From positions 1-64,000 of the forward strand of contig JBCBJQ010000003.1 of assembly GCA_038523235.1 (NCBI GenBank): a stretch of 64,000 bases of DNA, in the 5' to 3' direction. The notes below the pieces were generated by a model that worked only from the letters and a program-made list of their open reading frames with translations, ran no database searches and was not told the origin of the DNA. The position numbers and the translations under genes were made by a program. Positions 31,660 through 42,863 of this stretch are shown one piece after another (the stretch's first letter is position 1; the number at the start of each line of letters is the position of its first letter). This DNA is from Cyanobacteria bacterium J06626_4. GTDB lineage: Bacteria; Cyanobacteriota; Cyanobacteriia; Phormidesmidales; Phormidesmidaceae.

Positions 31660-33131
31660 GCAGACTGTTGCCGACTTTAATCGGGAACATAAGCAAACAA
31701 CATGGTTTATGGACTCTCTACTCAAAACTCTCTATGGAAATGGAGGGAAAATTCTCAAGATTTATAACAGAAAATCTGTGTGGCTTGATACAATGCGTTG
31801 TGGAGAGATGAAACGGTCAGTTCCGCTTCACAGGCGTGGCCTTTTGGCACGTCGTTTCTTCCAACTTGAGAGAGCAACTAAATTTTATTTGGCCGACTTC
31901 TCGGAGTCGGCTTTTTGTTTGGCGAGGAATCTTTGTCCTAAGGGGCTCACGATCACGACTGCGCTAGAAAAAACGTGCAGACTCTGCCGGCTGATGTCGA
32001 TAGTCGTTAGTCGTTCAGGTTAGATTATTCATTCTTTCAGAACAAAAATATTTGAATCTTTTCTCATGAAAGCGATTACACAACATATTTTCAACAGTGT
32101 TTTCTTATCCGTGACATCCAAGAACGACTGGTTAGAACACTCTCCTTAGCCAGAAGCCTGGTGAATAGTTGAGAGTAAGGCGTTGATCATGAACTGTGGA
32201 TAGTCCATCTTTTTTTGATTTCGACCGGGCGTTAATCTTCTGTAGAGTGAAATCAACCGTTGTACAGCAAAGCGCCTTTTGATCTGCTGTTTCTAGTCAT
32301 TCAATAAAACAACTTATTTTTGTTGCCTCAACTGTGGTGAAATGACGTTTGGTTGACCAGAGAGTTGCTATCTTCGCTGCACAGCAAGGATAGCGTGAAG
32401 GCTCTACCCGCCGATACTGCCAGTGGTTTGGGGCACCGGTGTGAGCCTTTGGTCAAATTCAACTTTTTAGTCTTGGTCTTTCCTCCCATCTGCACAAATG
32501 CTAGAGAGCTATCATCAATTACCGATAAATGGCCGTTAAAACAACGCTTCAGCCCTTGGCAGTACGTAGAGCTGATGCAGAAATTCCTTGTCTCAAATAT
32601 TGTTGCAGTTAACTGATGATCAATGTTGGCACTGAGTTGGCACTGACGGAATCAATTATGCATTTCAGGAGAGCTGACGGTTGATCCTGACACTTTGGTT
32701 AAGCTGAGGTTTGATAGCGTCAGCAGTAAAATCAGCTTCAAATGTTAGACGCTTATTTTTAGACTTGATGAAGATATTACTGAGATGTTGTTAAAACCTT
32801 ATGGAAAGTCCATATTTAATCTAAGTGCCGTGGTCAATGTCACAGACGTCTGTCTTGTCTAGACCTTCGTGCATTTACTGATCGGGGTGCGTTTGAGTTT
32901 ATTGAGTCTTTAACATTGGTGCTTTAGTCTTCCACCATTAAGTTCGAACAGTTGTCAATCACACAGTTGTGCCTGCATCTATTCAGCGTTGAGGCTGATA
33001 TCTCGCGTGTTGTTGAGATGATCGGATTGAGAAGATTTCAATGCTTTATGTATGCAGTGCAATGCCATTTTGACAACGGGAACGGTTGAAGTCTTTGGTC
33101 GTCAACCAAGTTGTGACGTTAAGGATATAGC

Positions 33132-33926
33132 ATGAAAGCTTCGCGCTTCAGAGGCATCATAGGTTCTCTAAGTATCGTGGCTGCGACCTTTGTAAGCAGC
33201 CCGGTCGAGGCCGCAACGCTAGTGTTGGGAGCCAGCACACAGGCTTGGTATAGCCAGGGTGGCTTTAACTTGGCGGTGTTTAGCAACCAATCGAGTCCCA
33301 TCTTTAACACGTTTACTGGGGTTCAAGACTCGGTAGAGTTTCGTTCCTATTTTGTTTTCGATGTCGGCTCAATCACCTCGCCCATTGCTAGCGGCACCTT
33401 GCAGCTGTATCAAAAACGATATTACTCATCAGTGTCAACTGAAACCATCACGCTATACGACGTGACGACCCCGACGACGACGCTTGTGAGTACGCAGGGA
33501 ACTGCGGCCTTCGATGATTTGGGCAGCGGTGAAGTGTATGGCACCGGTACGATTAATGCTGATCCTCCCCAAAACGATCTCGACAACTTTGTTGGTGAGT
33601 ATTTTGAAGTTGTTCTGACTCAGGCAGCTATTGACGGTATTAACCAAGCCGTTGCCGAGTCAGAAGACTTTGCTGTTGGGATTATGTTGTCTTCTATTGA
33701 CGATACGCCCTACTCATTTACGACTGTACAACGGCAAACCGAAGGGATTCTCTTCTCTGGCGGCAGCACCGATCCGCTGCAAGAATTAGAGTTTCCGGCG
33801 CAGCTCATTTTGGTTGAAGCTGATCCTGAGCCGCCTGTTGGAGTGACAGAACCCTCTGCCATTGTGGGCTTTGTGTCTTTGCTATGTCTTGGCGCTCTGG
33901 TTAAAAACGGGCGATCGCGCCGCTAA
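33132..33926 (+). CDS. Secreted protein with variant PEP-CTERM tail (VTEP)
   Basis: Signal peptide ending VEA, S/T/D-rich body, tail VTEPSAIVGFVSLLCLGALVKNGRSRR. Confidence 0.8.
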   Translation: MKASRFRGIIGSLSIVAATFVSSPVEAATLVLGASTQAWYSQGGFNLAVFSNQSSPIFNTFTGVQDSVEFRSYFVFDVGSITSPIASGTLQLYQKRYYSSVSTETITLYDVTTPTTTLVSTQGTAAFDDLGSGEVYGTGTINADPPQNDLDNFVGEYFEVVLTQAAIDGINQAVAESEDFAVGIMLSSIDDTPYSFTTVQRQTEGILFSGGSTDPLQELEFPAQLILVEADPEPPVGVTEPSAIVGFVSLLCLGALVKNGRSRR

Positions 33927-34057
33927 GTATTCGCCTAAATCGGCTCTTTCATGACGACTGGGAAGGTGCCAATGGGTTCTGCACTAGGGGGCTGAGAGAC
34001 TTGCTCAACACCCTAAAGTCGGCAACCTGTCAGACATCAGAGGAGCTATCCACAGAG

Positions 34058-34444
34058 CTATGGCCGTTGTGACGCTCGATAGGTGAAGAATCGTCGAAGA
34101 ACGCCGAGGGTTTCGACTTTGTATTCAGGCAGCATGGGCAATTGTGGAATCCCGAAGGAAGTCTGATACAAGCTGGCGACGCCTAGGTTGAGTCGATTTG
34201 TGCGATCGCGGATCAAATTGTCGAGCTGTGGTTTAAGGGTTTCTACCAGTTCGGCGCATTGATCCGACAGCAGGTTCCCGAGGCTAGGAGGGAGTTCAGC
34301 ACAAATTTCTTCCGATAGATAGGTTTCGGCTTGCACACTGACGTAACGGGCGTAGGCCGTTGGCCCTGGGTTCGTAATCACTAAGCCCGCGATCGCTATC
34401 ACCAGTAGTACGGTACCCAACAGAGTCGCTGGTTTCATCGTCAT
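34058..34444 (-). CDS. DUF4359-like protein
   Basis: N-terminal TM followed by TNP..xY, two Cys, and RLNLGVASLYQT. Confidence 0.7.
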   Translation of the reverse strand: MTMKPATLLGTVLLVIAIAGLVITNPGPTAYARYVSVQAETYLSEEICAELPPSLGNLLSDQCAELVETLKPQLDNLIRDRTNRLNLGVASLYQTSFGIPQLPMLPEYKVETLGVLRRFFTYRASQRP

Positions 34445-34757
34445 GCCCTCGCTGAACTAGGGTTTGAGCTTGCGTATTACCAAATGGAAATTAACAAAGA
34501 CCTGGCAAAATCATCCAGGGAGTTGGCGATTTAGAATTCAGCTAGCGGCTTTTAGCCACATCTTTAGACATAACAAGACCATTGGGTGCTCACACCAGTC
34601 GGTCATCTGCAGCCAGATCTGGGCGGCCAGATCATAGAATTTTGGCTGCCCTTAGCAGGCTACAGCCAAAGTTTAGAAGGCGATAGGGAGATGGGCAAAT
34701 TATTTGTGTTTGTTTGTCAGTAGTTGAAAAGGAAATGCTATATTGAGAAACGCGCAA

Positions 34758-34831
34758 GGCGAGCGTAGCCAAGGGGTTAAGGCAGCGGATTGTGATTCCG
34801 CCATTCGGGGGTTCGAATCCCCTCGTTCGCC
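34758..34831 (+). tRNA. trnH: tRNA-His (GTG), including G-1; CCA not encoded
   Basis: Acceptor stem gcgagcg/cgttcgc, anticodon arm gcgga-ttGTGat-tccgc, T-loop ggttcgaatcc. Confidence 0.97.
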
Positions 34832-35344
34832 CTTCTTTCAGAGATTGCTCAAAAGCTGTTCTCTAAATATTCACCACGAAGAAAAAGCTCCTATCTATGC
34901 TAAGTAGAATGCCGAGGGCTGCATCGTCCTGGCTAGTTGGGCATGTCTTGAAAATTGACATGTATTGTGCATCTCTCAGGGAGCCGTTCATGACGGGCTG
35001 GTGAGACTCTCTGGGATGAAACGCGGGTGGCCTTTCGAGCGGAGTAGTGGCAAACGCCTGCGGCTGGGCACCGGCTGAGAGCCCCTCACTGTTGCAGACG
35101 TTAATGTCAAAGCCTGAGCGACTCAGGCTGATTTAGTTGTACAAGCTTAATTGATACAAGTAGCTGGGCTAATTCAAATATTAGGATGGGTTAGCGATAG
35201 CGTGACCCATGCGAGCGTTGGGTTTCGCTTCTTAGCCTCAACCTACAGGGTCTTATCGTTGAATTGGAAATTCCTATTTGGAAATTCCAATTTTAGATGT
35301 GGTTCTCAGAGTCCATAAAGTAGCAACTCTGTATTTAAGACAGG

Positions 35345-35863
35345 TTATGTCGATAGACGACGAACTTCTGAGCAGAATGAAGACATCCGGAAGCCGTCAG
35401 CACGTTTTACCAAACTGGTGCGCATCCGCAGATTGGGATTCATGTACCACAGGCGCTCGTCTGATTCGAAATCGTCATTTTGAACGCTGAGCGTAAGAAT
35501 TTCGTCTTCGAGCTGATATTTGCCTGAAACAGCAGTTTCTTGCTCGGTCTGACTCAAAAAATTGCCGGATAAGTCATCCTCCGATTTAAAGCCCACCATC
35601 ATGGTGGTGCTGGAGGGTGAGCTGTTTTCCGGTCCATAGAGACTCGTTTTTCCCGTCTGTTGAATGACAAAGGCAAATATAGCGGCAGTGGCTTCAACAG
35701 AGAACTGCTGGCAGAGTTCTAAAACGCGAGCGTCACTGAGTTCGACGCGGGTGATTTGCAGAGTGGTTTGTCCCGTTTGGGACGGTTGACCCGGTGCAAA
35801 ATGCGTAGTGCGCTGCGAAAACCAGGTGCCTTCAACTGTTTCAAAAAAGTTAACGATATCCAT
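35345..35863 (-). CDS. CpcS/CpcU-family phycobiliprotein lyase
   Basis: FFETVEGTWFSQRTTH, ERLWYMNPNLRMR and SFCSEVR motifs. Confidence 0.88.
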   Translation of the reverse strand: MDIVNFFETVEGTWFSQRTTHFAPGQPSQTGQTTLQITRVELSDARVLELCQQFSVEATAAIFAFVIQQTGKTSLYGPENSSPSSTTMMVGFKSEDDLSGNFLSQTEQETAVSGKYQLEDEILTLSVQNDDFESDERLWYMNPNLRMRTSLVKRADGFRMSSFCSEVRRLST

Positions 35864-36016
35864 GCCGTTGCTTTCAGGGGCTTCAAATGACCTTGTGACC
35901 TTCATTCTACGTTGAAGCGATCGCATCCCTCAGGAGAAAAATATGAACCTGCTCAGACAACGTGAAATGGCGGTATTCACAGGATGTTACGCTAGCGACT
36001 ACGCTTAAGAACTTTC

Positions 36017-37102
36017 ATGAATACGGGTAAAGTTTCAATGACCGGTTTGAATCAGGAACCTTTATTGCTACGGGCAGCACGCGGGGAATCAGTGGATCGA
36101 CCGCCAGTTTGGATGATGCGCCAAGCTGGTCGATACATGAAAATCTATCGAGATCTGCGAGAAAAGTACCCGTCCTTTAGAGAGCGTTCCGAAAATCCCG
36201 AACTGGCGATCGAAATTTCCCTGCAGCCTTGGCGGGCTTTTCGGCCCGACGGTGTTATTCTCTTCTCAGATATTTTGACGCCGCTTACTGGCATGGGCAT
36301 TCCCTTTGACATTATCGAAAGCAAAGGCCCCATGATTGATCCGCCGATTCGCAGCCAAGCGCAGGTGGATGCCGTTCATGCCCTTGATCCCGACACGGCG
36401 ACCCCTTTTATTCGCACGATTTTGAAGACTCTGCGGGCCGAGGTGGGCAATGACGCAGCCGTGCTGGGGTTTGTCGGATCGCCCTGGACACTGGCCGCCT
36501 ACGCCGTCGAAGGGCGCACCTCTAAAAACTATGCCAACATCAAAGGCATGGCCTTTTCTGAACCGGCGATGCTGCATCAATTGCTCAGCAAGCTTGCCGA
36601 CAATATCGCGACCTATGCTTGTCACCAGATTGATTGTGGAGCGCAGGTGGTGCAACTGTTTGACTCTTGGGCCGGTCAACTCAGCCCGATGGATTATCGC
36701 ACCTTTGCGCTGCCCTACCAGCAGCAGGTGGTCCGCCAGATCAAAGCGAAGCATCCGGAAACGCCGCTAATTCTCTACATCAGCGGCAGTGCTGGCGTGT
36801 TGGAACTGATGGCCGAATCTGGGGTGGACATCATCAGCGTCGATTGGACGGTGGATATGGCTGAAGCTCGTCGTCGTCTGGGACCCGGAATGGCGGTTCA
36901 GGGCAATGTTGATCCGGCGGCACTGTTTGGGTCTAAAGAATTTATTCGCGATCGCATTTTTGACACCGTACAAAAAGCAGGAAGTCGCGGTCATATTCTC
37001 AATTTGGGTCATGGCATTTTGCCCGGCACCCCAGAAGATAATGCGGCCTTCTTTTTTGAAACAGGGAAGAACCTTGATCAGCTGCTGGCCGTGTCCGCTT
37101 AG
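36017..37102 (+). CDS. hemE: Uroporphyrinogen decarboxylase
   Basis: [19 protein letters not shown] and [10 protein letters not shown] motifs; start may be 36038. Confidence 0.98.
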   Translation: MNTGKVSMTGLNQEPLLLRAARGESVDRPPVWMMRQAGRYMKIYRDLREKYPSFRERSENPELAIEISLQPWRAFRPDGVILFSDILTPLTGMGIPFDIIESKGPMIDPPIRSQAQVDAVHALDPDTATPFIRTILKTLRAEVGNDAAVLGFVGSPWTLAAYAVEGRTSKNYANIKGMAFSEPAMLHQLLSKLADNIATYACHQIDCGAQVVQLFDSWAGQLSPMDYRTFALPYQQQVVRQIKAKHPETPLILYISGSAGVLELMAESGVDIISVDWTVDMAEARRRLGPGMAVQGNVDPAALFGSKEFIRDRIFDTVQKAGSRGHILNLGHGILPGTPEDNAAFFFETGKNLDQLLAVSA

Positions 37103-37267
37103 GGCGCTTCATCGGTTAATCTTCCACACCTGATGCGGCCAGCATTGCCGAGCCGTCATCACTGCAGATGATACGCTGGGAGCACCCTAAACCCTAGCCT
37201 TTGTCAGGCAGCGAGCGTTCTGTCTCCTGATCCCAAACGGAGGTAGACGTCCGTCATCATTGGGGTA

Positions 37268-38269
37268 TTGTGTTTTCCCGGTGCTGCTAGCGTGTCTGAA
37301 TCTCTTGAAAATCGTTCCCCGCAGAAAATTTTTGTCACTGGGGCCAGCGGCTGTATTGGTCATTATTTAGTTGAGCAGTTACTGGCCGATACGCCCCATC
37401 AGCTAGTTTTACTCGTGCGCAACCCGGCAAAGCTCCTCTTTAACTGGCAGGATGAGCCCCGCATTGAGGTGATCCAAGATGACATTCGCAATATTGCGGC
37501 CTACGCTGACCGGCTAGCGACGGTGGATACCGCCATCTTAGCGGCCACTTCATGGGGCGGTGCGCCTGAAATTTATGACATCAATGTCACCGGCAATCAC
37601 CAGCTGATGGCCCTGCTGCACGGCGATCGCTGTCGGCAAGTGCTCTATTTTTCAACCGCTAGCATTTTAGACAGCGATAATCGGCCTTTGGCAGAAGCGG
37701 GGGAAATCGGCACCGATTACATTCGCAGCAAATATCAGTGCTATCTGCAGCTCCCGGATCTGGCCATCTATCCGAAAATCACCACGGTTTTTCCTACCTT
37801 GGTCTTTGGCGGCGATAAAGACAAACCCTATTCCCACATTTCGGCGGGCATCAAAGACGTCACTCGCTGGATGGGGCTGATCCGTTTTCTCAAAGCCGAT
37901 GGTAGCTTTCACTTTGCCCATGGCAGAGACATCGCTCTCGTAGTCAGTTATCTGGTTGATCATCCGCCTAGCCCCCAAGCCTCTCGCCAGGTGGTCATCG
38001 GCAATCCGGCCCTGACCCTCAATCGCACTGTCGAAGAAACCTGCCACTATTTAGGGCGGCGCATCTTTTTCCGCATTCCCCTCTCGCTGTGGCTCGCCGA
38101 TCGCATCATTGATGGGTTCAACATTCGCATGGCAGAGTGGGATCGGTTTTGTCTGAACTATCGGCATTTTGTTTACAACGATCCCGTTTACCCCGAAAAG
38201 TTGGGTTTATCGCCCTATTGCCCCACTGTGGCAGACTTGATGCGCATTAGTGGCGTCCTGCCGGGTTGA
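37268..38269 (+). CDS. NAD-dependent epimerase/dehydratase family protein
   Basis: VTGASGCIG Rossmann motif and YIRSK (YxxxK); follows hemE; true start probably slightly downstream. Confidence 0.88.
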   Translation: MCFPGAASVSESLENRSPQKIFVTGASGCIGHYLVEQLLADTPHQLVLLVRNPAKLLFNWQDEPRIEVIQDDIRNIAAYADRLATVDTAILAATSWGGAPEIYDINVTGNHQLMALLHGDRCRQVLYFSTASILDSDNRPLAEAGEIGTDYIRSKYQCYLQLPDLAIYPKITTVFPTLVFGGDKDKPYSHISAGIKDVTRWMGLIRFLKADGSFHFAHGRDIALVVSYLVDHPPSPQASRQVVIGNPALTLNRTVEETCHYLGRRIFFRIPLSLWLADRIIDGFNIRMAEWDRFCLNYRHFVYNDPVYPEKLGLSPYCPTVADLMRISGVLPG

Positions 38270-38346
38270 GTAATACGCTCGTTCTCTTTAGAATCAAAGG
38301 CAACCCTGCTGCGTTGGCATGAGCCGGTGCGTAGCCCCTATCGTCC

Positions 38347-39486
38347 GTGACCCCTATGGCCATCATTTCTTCGAAGTCTGAGTCTGAGCCTCAGCCGCCG
38401 CGTCAGCAGAAAGCGGGCGCCAAGCCGTCAGACGCTGTTGAACCGGCAGCTCCGGCCTCCGTCGTGCGCGAGCCGCGCGATCGCCCGGCCAGCCCGCCAG
38501 AAGATGGGTTGCGACCGCAACGAATCGCTGACTACATCGGTCAGAAATCGCTTAAAGAAGTGCTGGATATTGCGATTCGGGCTGCTCAGTCGCGTGAAGA
38601 ACCCCTCGATCATCTTCTGCTCTACGGCCCTCCCGGCCTGGGTAAAACGACCATGGCGCTCATTTTGGCCCAGGAGATGCAGGTAGACTGCAAAATCACC
38701 ACGGCTCCAGCGCTAGAGCGACCCCGCGATATTGCCGGCTTGCTCGTCAACCTCAAACCGGGCGACATCCTTTTTATTGATGAGATTCACCGACTGCCCC
38801 GCGTCACCGAAGAAATCCTCTATCCCGCGATGGAAGACTCGCGATTAGATATCACCATCGGCAAGGGGCAGAGCGCCCGCACGCGCAGCATTCCGCTCAA
38901 CCCGTTTACGCTGGTGGGGGCGACGACGCGGGTCGGCGCCTTGACCTCGCCTTTGCGCGATCGCTTTGGCTTAATTCAGCGGCTGCGATTTTACGAAGTG
39001 GATGAGCTAACGCAGATTGTCACTCGCACCGCTCAGGTATTGAATACGCCAATTCAACTCGATGGTGCAGAAGAAATCGCGCGGCGCTCGCGGGGCACAC
39101 CACGCATTGCCAACCGCTTGCTCAAACGAGTCCGTGACTATGTCGAAGTCAAGAAATCTGGTCGGATCAATCAGGCGATCGCGGCGGAAGCGTTGGAGCT
39201 GTTCAACGTCGATCCCTGTGGGTTGGACTGGACCGATCGTCGCTTGCTATCCGTCATGATTGAAAACTTTAACGGGGGCCCGGTCGGACTAGACACGATG
39301 GCCGCTGCCACTGGTGAAGATGCTCAAACCATCGAGGAAGTCTACGAACCGTATTTGATGCAGTTGGGCTATCTGCAGAGAACGCCGCGGGGTCGGGTGG
39401 TCACGCGGGCGGCCTGTCGTCACCTGGGCTACGAAGTCAGTGCCGTCCCCGATTTTTATAATGAACAGCAGCTGTCGATGATGTAA
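38347..39486 (+). CDS. ruvB: Holliday junction helicase RuvB
   Basis: [30 protein letters not shown] and YEPYL motifs. Confidence 0.98.
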   Translation: MTPMAIISSKSESEPQPPRQQKAGAKPSDAVEPAAPASVVREPRDRPASPPEDGLRPQRIADYIGQKSLKEVLDIAIRAAQSREEPLDHLLLYGPPGLGKTTMALILAQEMQVDCKITTAPALERPRDIAGLLVNLKPGDILFIDEIHRLPRVTEEILYPAMEDSRLDITIGKGQSARTRSIPLNPFTLVGATTRVGALTSPLRDRFGLIQRLRFYEVDELTQIVTRTAQVLNTPIQLDGAEEIARRSRGTPRIANRLLKRVRDYVEVKKSGRINQAIAAEALELFNVDPCGLDWTDRRLLSVMIENFNGGPVGLDTMAAATGEDAQTIEEVYEPYLMQLGYLQRTPRGRVVTRAACRHLGYEVSAVPDFYNEQQLSMM

Positions 39487-39664
39487 CGGTCTCCCAATTC
39501 CGCACTAGCGCTACATATAGCGCCAAAGATTCTGTACAACCGCTAATAATTTAGGGCTCAAGGGTAGACTTTTGACCGAAGTTCAGTACAATACAGCGTC
39601 ATAGCCTTTAATCGGCGAGTCTACTATCCGCCCTGGATTGCTAGCTAATTTTGAGATTTTGCTT

Positions 39665-40549
39665 ATGACCTCGGTTGTTACCCGCCCCAGCAGTAGCTAC
39701 GAAAGACTGCCCGAAGACGTTCGTTCGGTGCTTAGCGATCGCCTCCAGGGGGCAACCTCAGTCACGGATAACGACAACGCGATCCCGGTGCCCCCTCGCA
39801 CCCCGGCTAAGCCAAATTCCCAACGGCGCAGTCAACCGTCCAAACAGAAGACAACGGCTCCACGTCAAACCCCTCAGCGCCATGTTGTGGTGGCTCTGCA
39901 AAACGTTTCTAAAAGCTATCCCAAAGGGAATCGGGCGCTGATAGACGTCAACTTGCAGATGCATAAAGGCGATTTTCTCTTTATTACTGGGGCTTCCGGA
40001 GCCGGCAAGTCCACTCTCCTCAAGCTGCTGTATGGGCAAGAGCATCCCACGTCGGGCGAAGTCATGATTGAGGGCACGCCCATCGGTCAGCTCCGGGGCA
40101 ACCAGCTGGCTAAAGTGCGACGCCGCATCGGCATCGTCTTTCAAGATTACAAGCTGATTCCGCGCCGCACTGTGGCTGAGAACGTTGCCTTCGTGCTCTG
40201 GGCTCAGGGTTACAGCCGTAAAGAAATTCACCGTCGCCTCTGGCCCACGCTCAAAATGGTGGGGCTGCAGGATAAGTCAGAATCTTTCCCCAATGAGCTA
40301 TCGGGTGGCGAACAGCAGCGGGTCAGTATTGCCCGCGCCGTCGTCGGTACGCCGCCGCTCCTCTTGGCCGACGAACCCACCGGCAACCTTGATCCCGAAA
40401 ACGCTTTGCAGGTGATCAAAATTCTCAAGAAGCTGAACTCCATTGGCATCACGGTGGTGGTGACGACTCATAACGAGCAACTGGTCAGAGTCTCTAACCA
40501 TCCCGTCGTTCAGCTCAAAGAAGGCCATCTCCGGCAACTGCGGCAGTAA
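39665..40549 (+). CDS. ftsE: Cell division ABC ATPase FtsE with low-complexity N-terminal extension
   Basis: [26 protein letters not shown] and [10 protein letters not shown] motifs. Confidence 0.9.
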   Translation: MTSVVTRPSSSYERLPEDVRSVLSDRLQGATSVTDNDNAIPVPPRTPAKPNSQRRSQPSKQKTTAPRQTPQRHVVVALQNVSKSYPKGNRALIDVNLQMHKGDFLFITGASGAGKSTLLKLLYGQEHPTSGEVMIEGTPIGQLRGNQLAKVRRRIGIVFQDYKLIPRRTVAENVAFVLWAQGYSRKEIHRRLWPTLKMVGLQDKSESFPNELSGGEQQRVSIARAVVGTPPLLLADEPTGNLDPENALQVIKILKKLNSIGITVVVTTHNEQLVRVSNHPVVQLKEGHLRQLRQ

Positions 40550-40647
40550 TGGCTGCTGCATCCTGTTAGCGATACAGGCGTACCTACCAGATAACGAGAT
40601 TGCCCGGCTGTCAGCCCCTTAGCCTAAACCGCTCTTACTCCCCTTTC

Positions 40648-41148
40648 ATGTCAGATCTCTCGACTTCGTCTGCGATCACCATCGGCTTCGCGACCCCAGA
40701 AGATGTGCCTGCGATTGTTCGCCTGATTCATGCCCTAGCCGATTACGAAAAGCTGGCCCATGAAGTGACCGGCAACGCGGCTGATCTGACTCAACATTTG
40801 TTTGGCGATCACGCCCATATTGAGACATTGATTGCTCGCGTCGATGACATACCGGTGGGCTTTGCGCTCTTCTTCCACAACTATTCAACGTTTTTGATGA
40901 AACCAGGTATCTACTTAGAAGATCTCTTTGTAGCACCAGAATATCGCGGTCGGGGCATTGGTAAGTTGCTACTGCAGCGCTTAGGGCAACTCGCTCTTGA
41001 GCGAGACTGTGGCCGTTTGGAGTGGAACGTTTTGGACTGGAACCAACCAGCAATTGATTTTTATGAACGCATGGGGGCTGAGATTAAGCCGGAATGGCAG
41101 CTCTGTCGAGTAACGGGCAGCGCTCTGACCGAGTTGGCCAGCAGCTGA
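40648..41148 (+). CDS. GNAT N-acetyltransferase (SSAT-like)
   Basis: ALADYEKL, IYLEDLFV, RGRGIG and VLDWNQPAIDFY motifs. Confidence 0.92.
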   Translation: MSDLSTSSAITIGFATPEDVPAIVRLIHALADYEKLAHEVTGNAADLTQHLFGDHAHIETLIARVDDIPVGFALFFHNYSTFLMKPGIYLEDLFVAPEYRGRGIGKLLLQRLGQLALERDCGRLEWNVLDWNQPAIDFYERMGAEIKPEWQLCRVTGSALTELASS

Positions 41149-41199
41149 GGGCAATTACTACCTTGCAAGGGTGTGCTGCTCTCATCGGATTGCCGACGG

Positions 41200-42324
41200 C
41201 TACTTGCGACCCGGCAGCAATCCCGTTGATAATCGCTTGATCACTCGACTCGCCACATCGCTGTATTCGATTTCACCTGCCAACAGCTGCCCCATGCGTT
41301 TGGTCATGGTGGGGCGCTTGATACCAACGCGATAACCAATTCCCGGAAACCGGAAGAATACCCCCGCAATGCGTTGAGCCCACTGCATGTTGTCGCCCCA
41401 TTGATGCATGGTCGCCGTGTAATCTGCCAGCGCCTCGTCCTGCCCCTGCAATGCGGCATGAATTGCCTTGGCCGCCTCAACGCCGCTGTACATGCCATGG
41501 CGAATGCCCTCGGCTGAGAGTGGATCGACGATCGCCGCGGCTTCTCCAATAACGACTGCCTGGTGAGTGTGTAGCGACCGGTTGCCATCCCAAAGTTTGA
41601 CCAGATGAGGCGAGAGCTGACCGGCGCTACCGTTAAGGTTGAACCCGCCAGCATAGGCTTTGAAGGCCGCCGGGTAGTCCGGTGCGCTGCTGCCCAAAAA
41701 GGTCACGGCTCCCATCAGGCGCTCAGAATCGTAGGGAAAAGACCACAAGCAGCCGTTTTTGAGCAGTCCAAATTCAAAGTTGAGTGTGGGATTGTGCAGC
41801 GATTGCTCAGCCGGGATGGCAAAAACAGCCGCAGGCCGCACTTTCGGCATCTCCAACCCTAACCAGTGTGACAATGGCCCTTTAGCCCCATCGGCCGCAA
41901 TCAAGTAGCGTCCCTCAAAGACTGCTTGTGCGGTATGAACCTGCCAATAGCCCTTGGTAAATTCGATTTTGAGCACCGGTGTCCCATCCTGAAAAACCGC
42001 CCCTTTAGCGATCGCGTGACTGATCAAAAATTGATCGAAGGCATCACGCTTGACCAGCCAGATCGGCTCTTGGGTTTGTAACTCAGATGTCACCGGATCG
42101 CCCAGCTTCCAGGTGTAGCGGACTCGTCTAACTCGCTGGGCGATGATGGGAGCAAAATCAAAGTCGAACCATTGGGCAACCAAGGGCGACAAGGCTCCGG
42201 TGCAGGGTTTGTCACGAGGAAAGGTGGCCTTTTCCAATACCAACACTGAGCAGCCTTGCCGAGCGAGGTGATAGGCCGCACTGCTACCCGCTGGCCCACC
42301 GCCGACCACGATGCTGTCGAACAT
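41200..42324 (-). CDS. Geranylgeranyl reductase family FAD oxidoreductase
   Basis: VVGGGPAGS, RDKPC, IAADGA and DPLSAEGI motifs. Confidence 0.9.
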   Translation of the reverse strand: MFDSIVVGGGPAGSSAAYHLARQGCSVLVLEKATFPRDKPCTGALSPLVAQWFDFDFAPIIAQRVRRVRYTWKLGDPVTSELQTQEPIWLVKRDAFDQFLISHAIAKGAVFQDGTPVLKIEFTKGYWQVHTAQAVFEGRYLIAADGAKGPLSHWLGLEMPKVRPAAVFAIPAEQSLHNPTLNFEFGLLKNGCLWSFPYDSERLMGAVTFLGSSAPDYPAAFKAYAGGFNLNGSAGQLSPHLVKLWDGNRSLHTHQAVVIGEAAAIVDPLSAEGIRHGMYSGVEAAKAIHAALQGQDEALADYTATMHQWGDNMQWAQRIAGVFFRFPGIGYRVGIKRPTMTKRMGQLLAGEIEYSDVASRVIKRLSTGLLPGRK

Positions 42325-42428
42325 AGTCAAGTCCTAATACAACAAACGCTAGGCTGCCATGGCTCCACCCGTCACTCGCAGGCATAATATCTCAGGCAAT
42401 TCTGCATCAAACCAAGACTGAACTCCCA

Positions 42429-42608
42429 GAAATTACCTGCATAGAGCAAATACCACGGGTGCGGAACCGCTTTTAGGTGGGATAGTTCTGCCGGTTACGA
42501 AAATCCGACAATACTACGAACCAGCCGGACTCTCGGAAATTACCTGCGTAGAACAAATACCACAAGGATGAAACCGCTTTTAGGTTAGATAGTCCTGCGG
42601 ATTACGAA
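42429..42608. repeat. Two imperfect 73-bp direct repeats, offset 107 bp
   Basis: 42429-42501 and 42536-42608 align without gaps with 13 mismatches by hand count (gaaattacctgc...aaccgcttttaggt...ttacgaa). Confidence 0.9.
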
Positions 42609-42701
42609 GAATCGATAAAGCCATAAGCTTAAAACAGCCTAGAAGCGTAAAGCTTCACTAAAAATCATACGCCTTTAGGCGATTCGCTTCTGGAGGTTCA
42701 C

Positions 42702-42863
42702 ATGTTTTGGGAGTTATGCATTCTGTACGCTAACGGCACAGAAGAAGTGCTTAAAGTCTTCAAAGACCTTGAGATGGCTTTGAACTGTGTAGATCGTATT
42801 TATGCTCAAGATGGCTATCCGATGCACATGGCTTACTGTGTGCGCCCTACCTGTACTGTTTAG
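42702..42863 (+). CDS. Unannotated small protein (53 aa)
   Basis: ggagg RBS just upstream; MFWELCILYANGTEEVLKVFKDLEMALNCVDRIYAQDGYPMHMAYCVRPTCTV*; strong hairpin immediately downstream (42880-42914). Confidence 0.75.
   Translation: MFWELCILYANGTEEVLKVFKDLEMALNCVDRIYAQDGYPMHMAYCVRPTCTV

Noticed and set aside
33981..34050. TPP-riboswitch-like words (ctagggg-gctgagag...acaccct...aacctg)
   Set aside because: Lacks the P3 stem and the 3' GxTAATxCC...GCGxAGGGA half, and lies between convergent gene ends.
34832..35344. Integrative element or att site next to tRNA-His
   Set aside because: No integrase and no duplicated tRNA 3' end seen in the window; flanking genes are ordinary chromosomal genes.
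42429..42608. Repeat pair as a CRISPR array or as c-di-AMP/c-di-GMP riboswitches
   Set aside because: Only two long degenerate units and no cas genes. The ggaaccgctttt resemblance to ydaO lacks the GCTGAA and CAGCTAAC cores, and there is no GEMM architecture.
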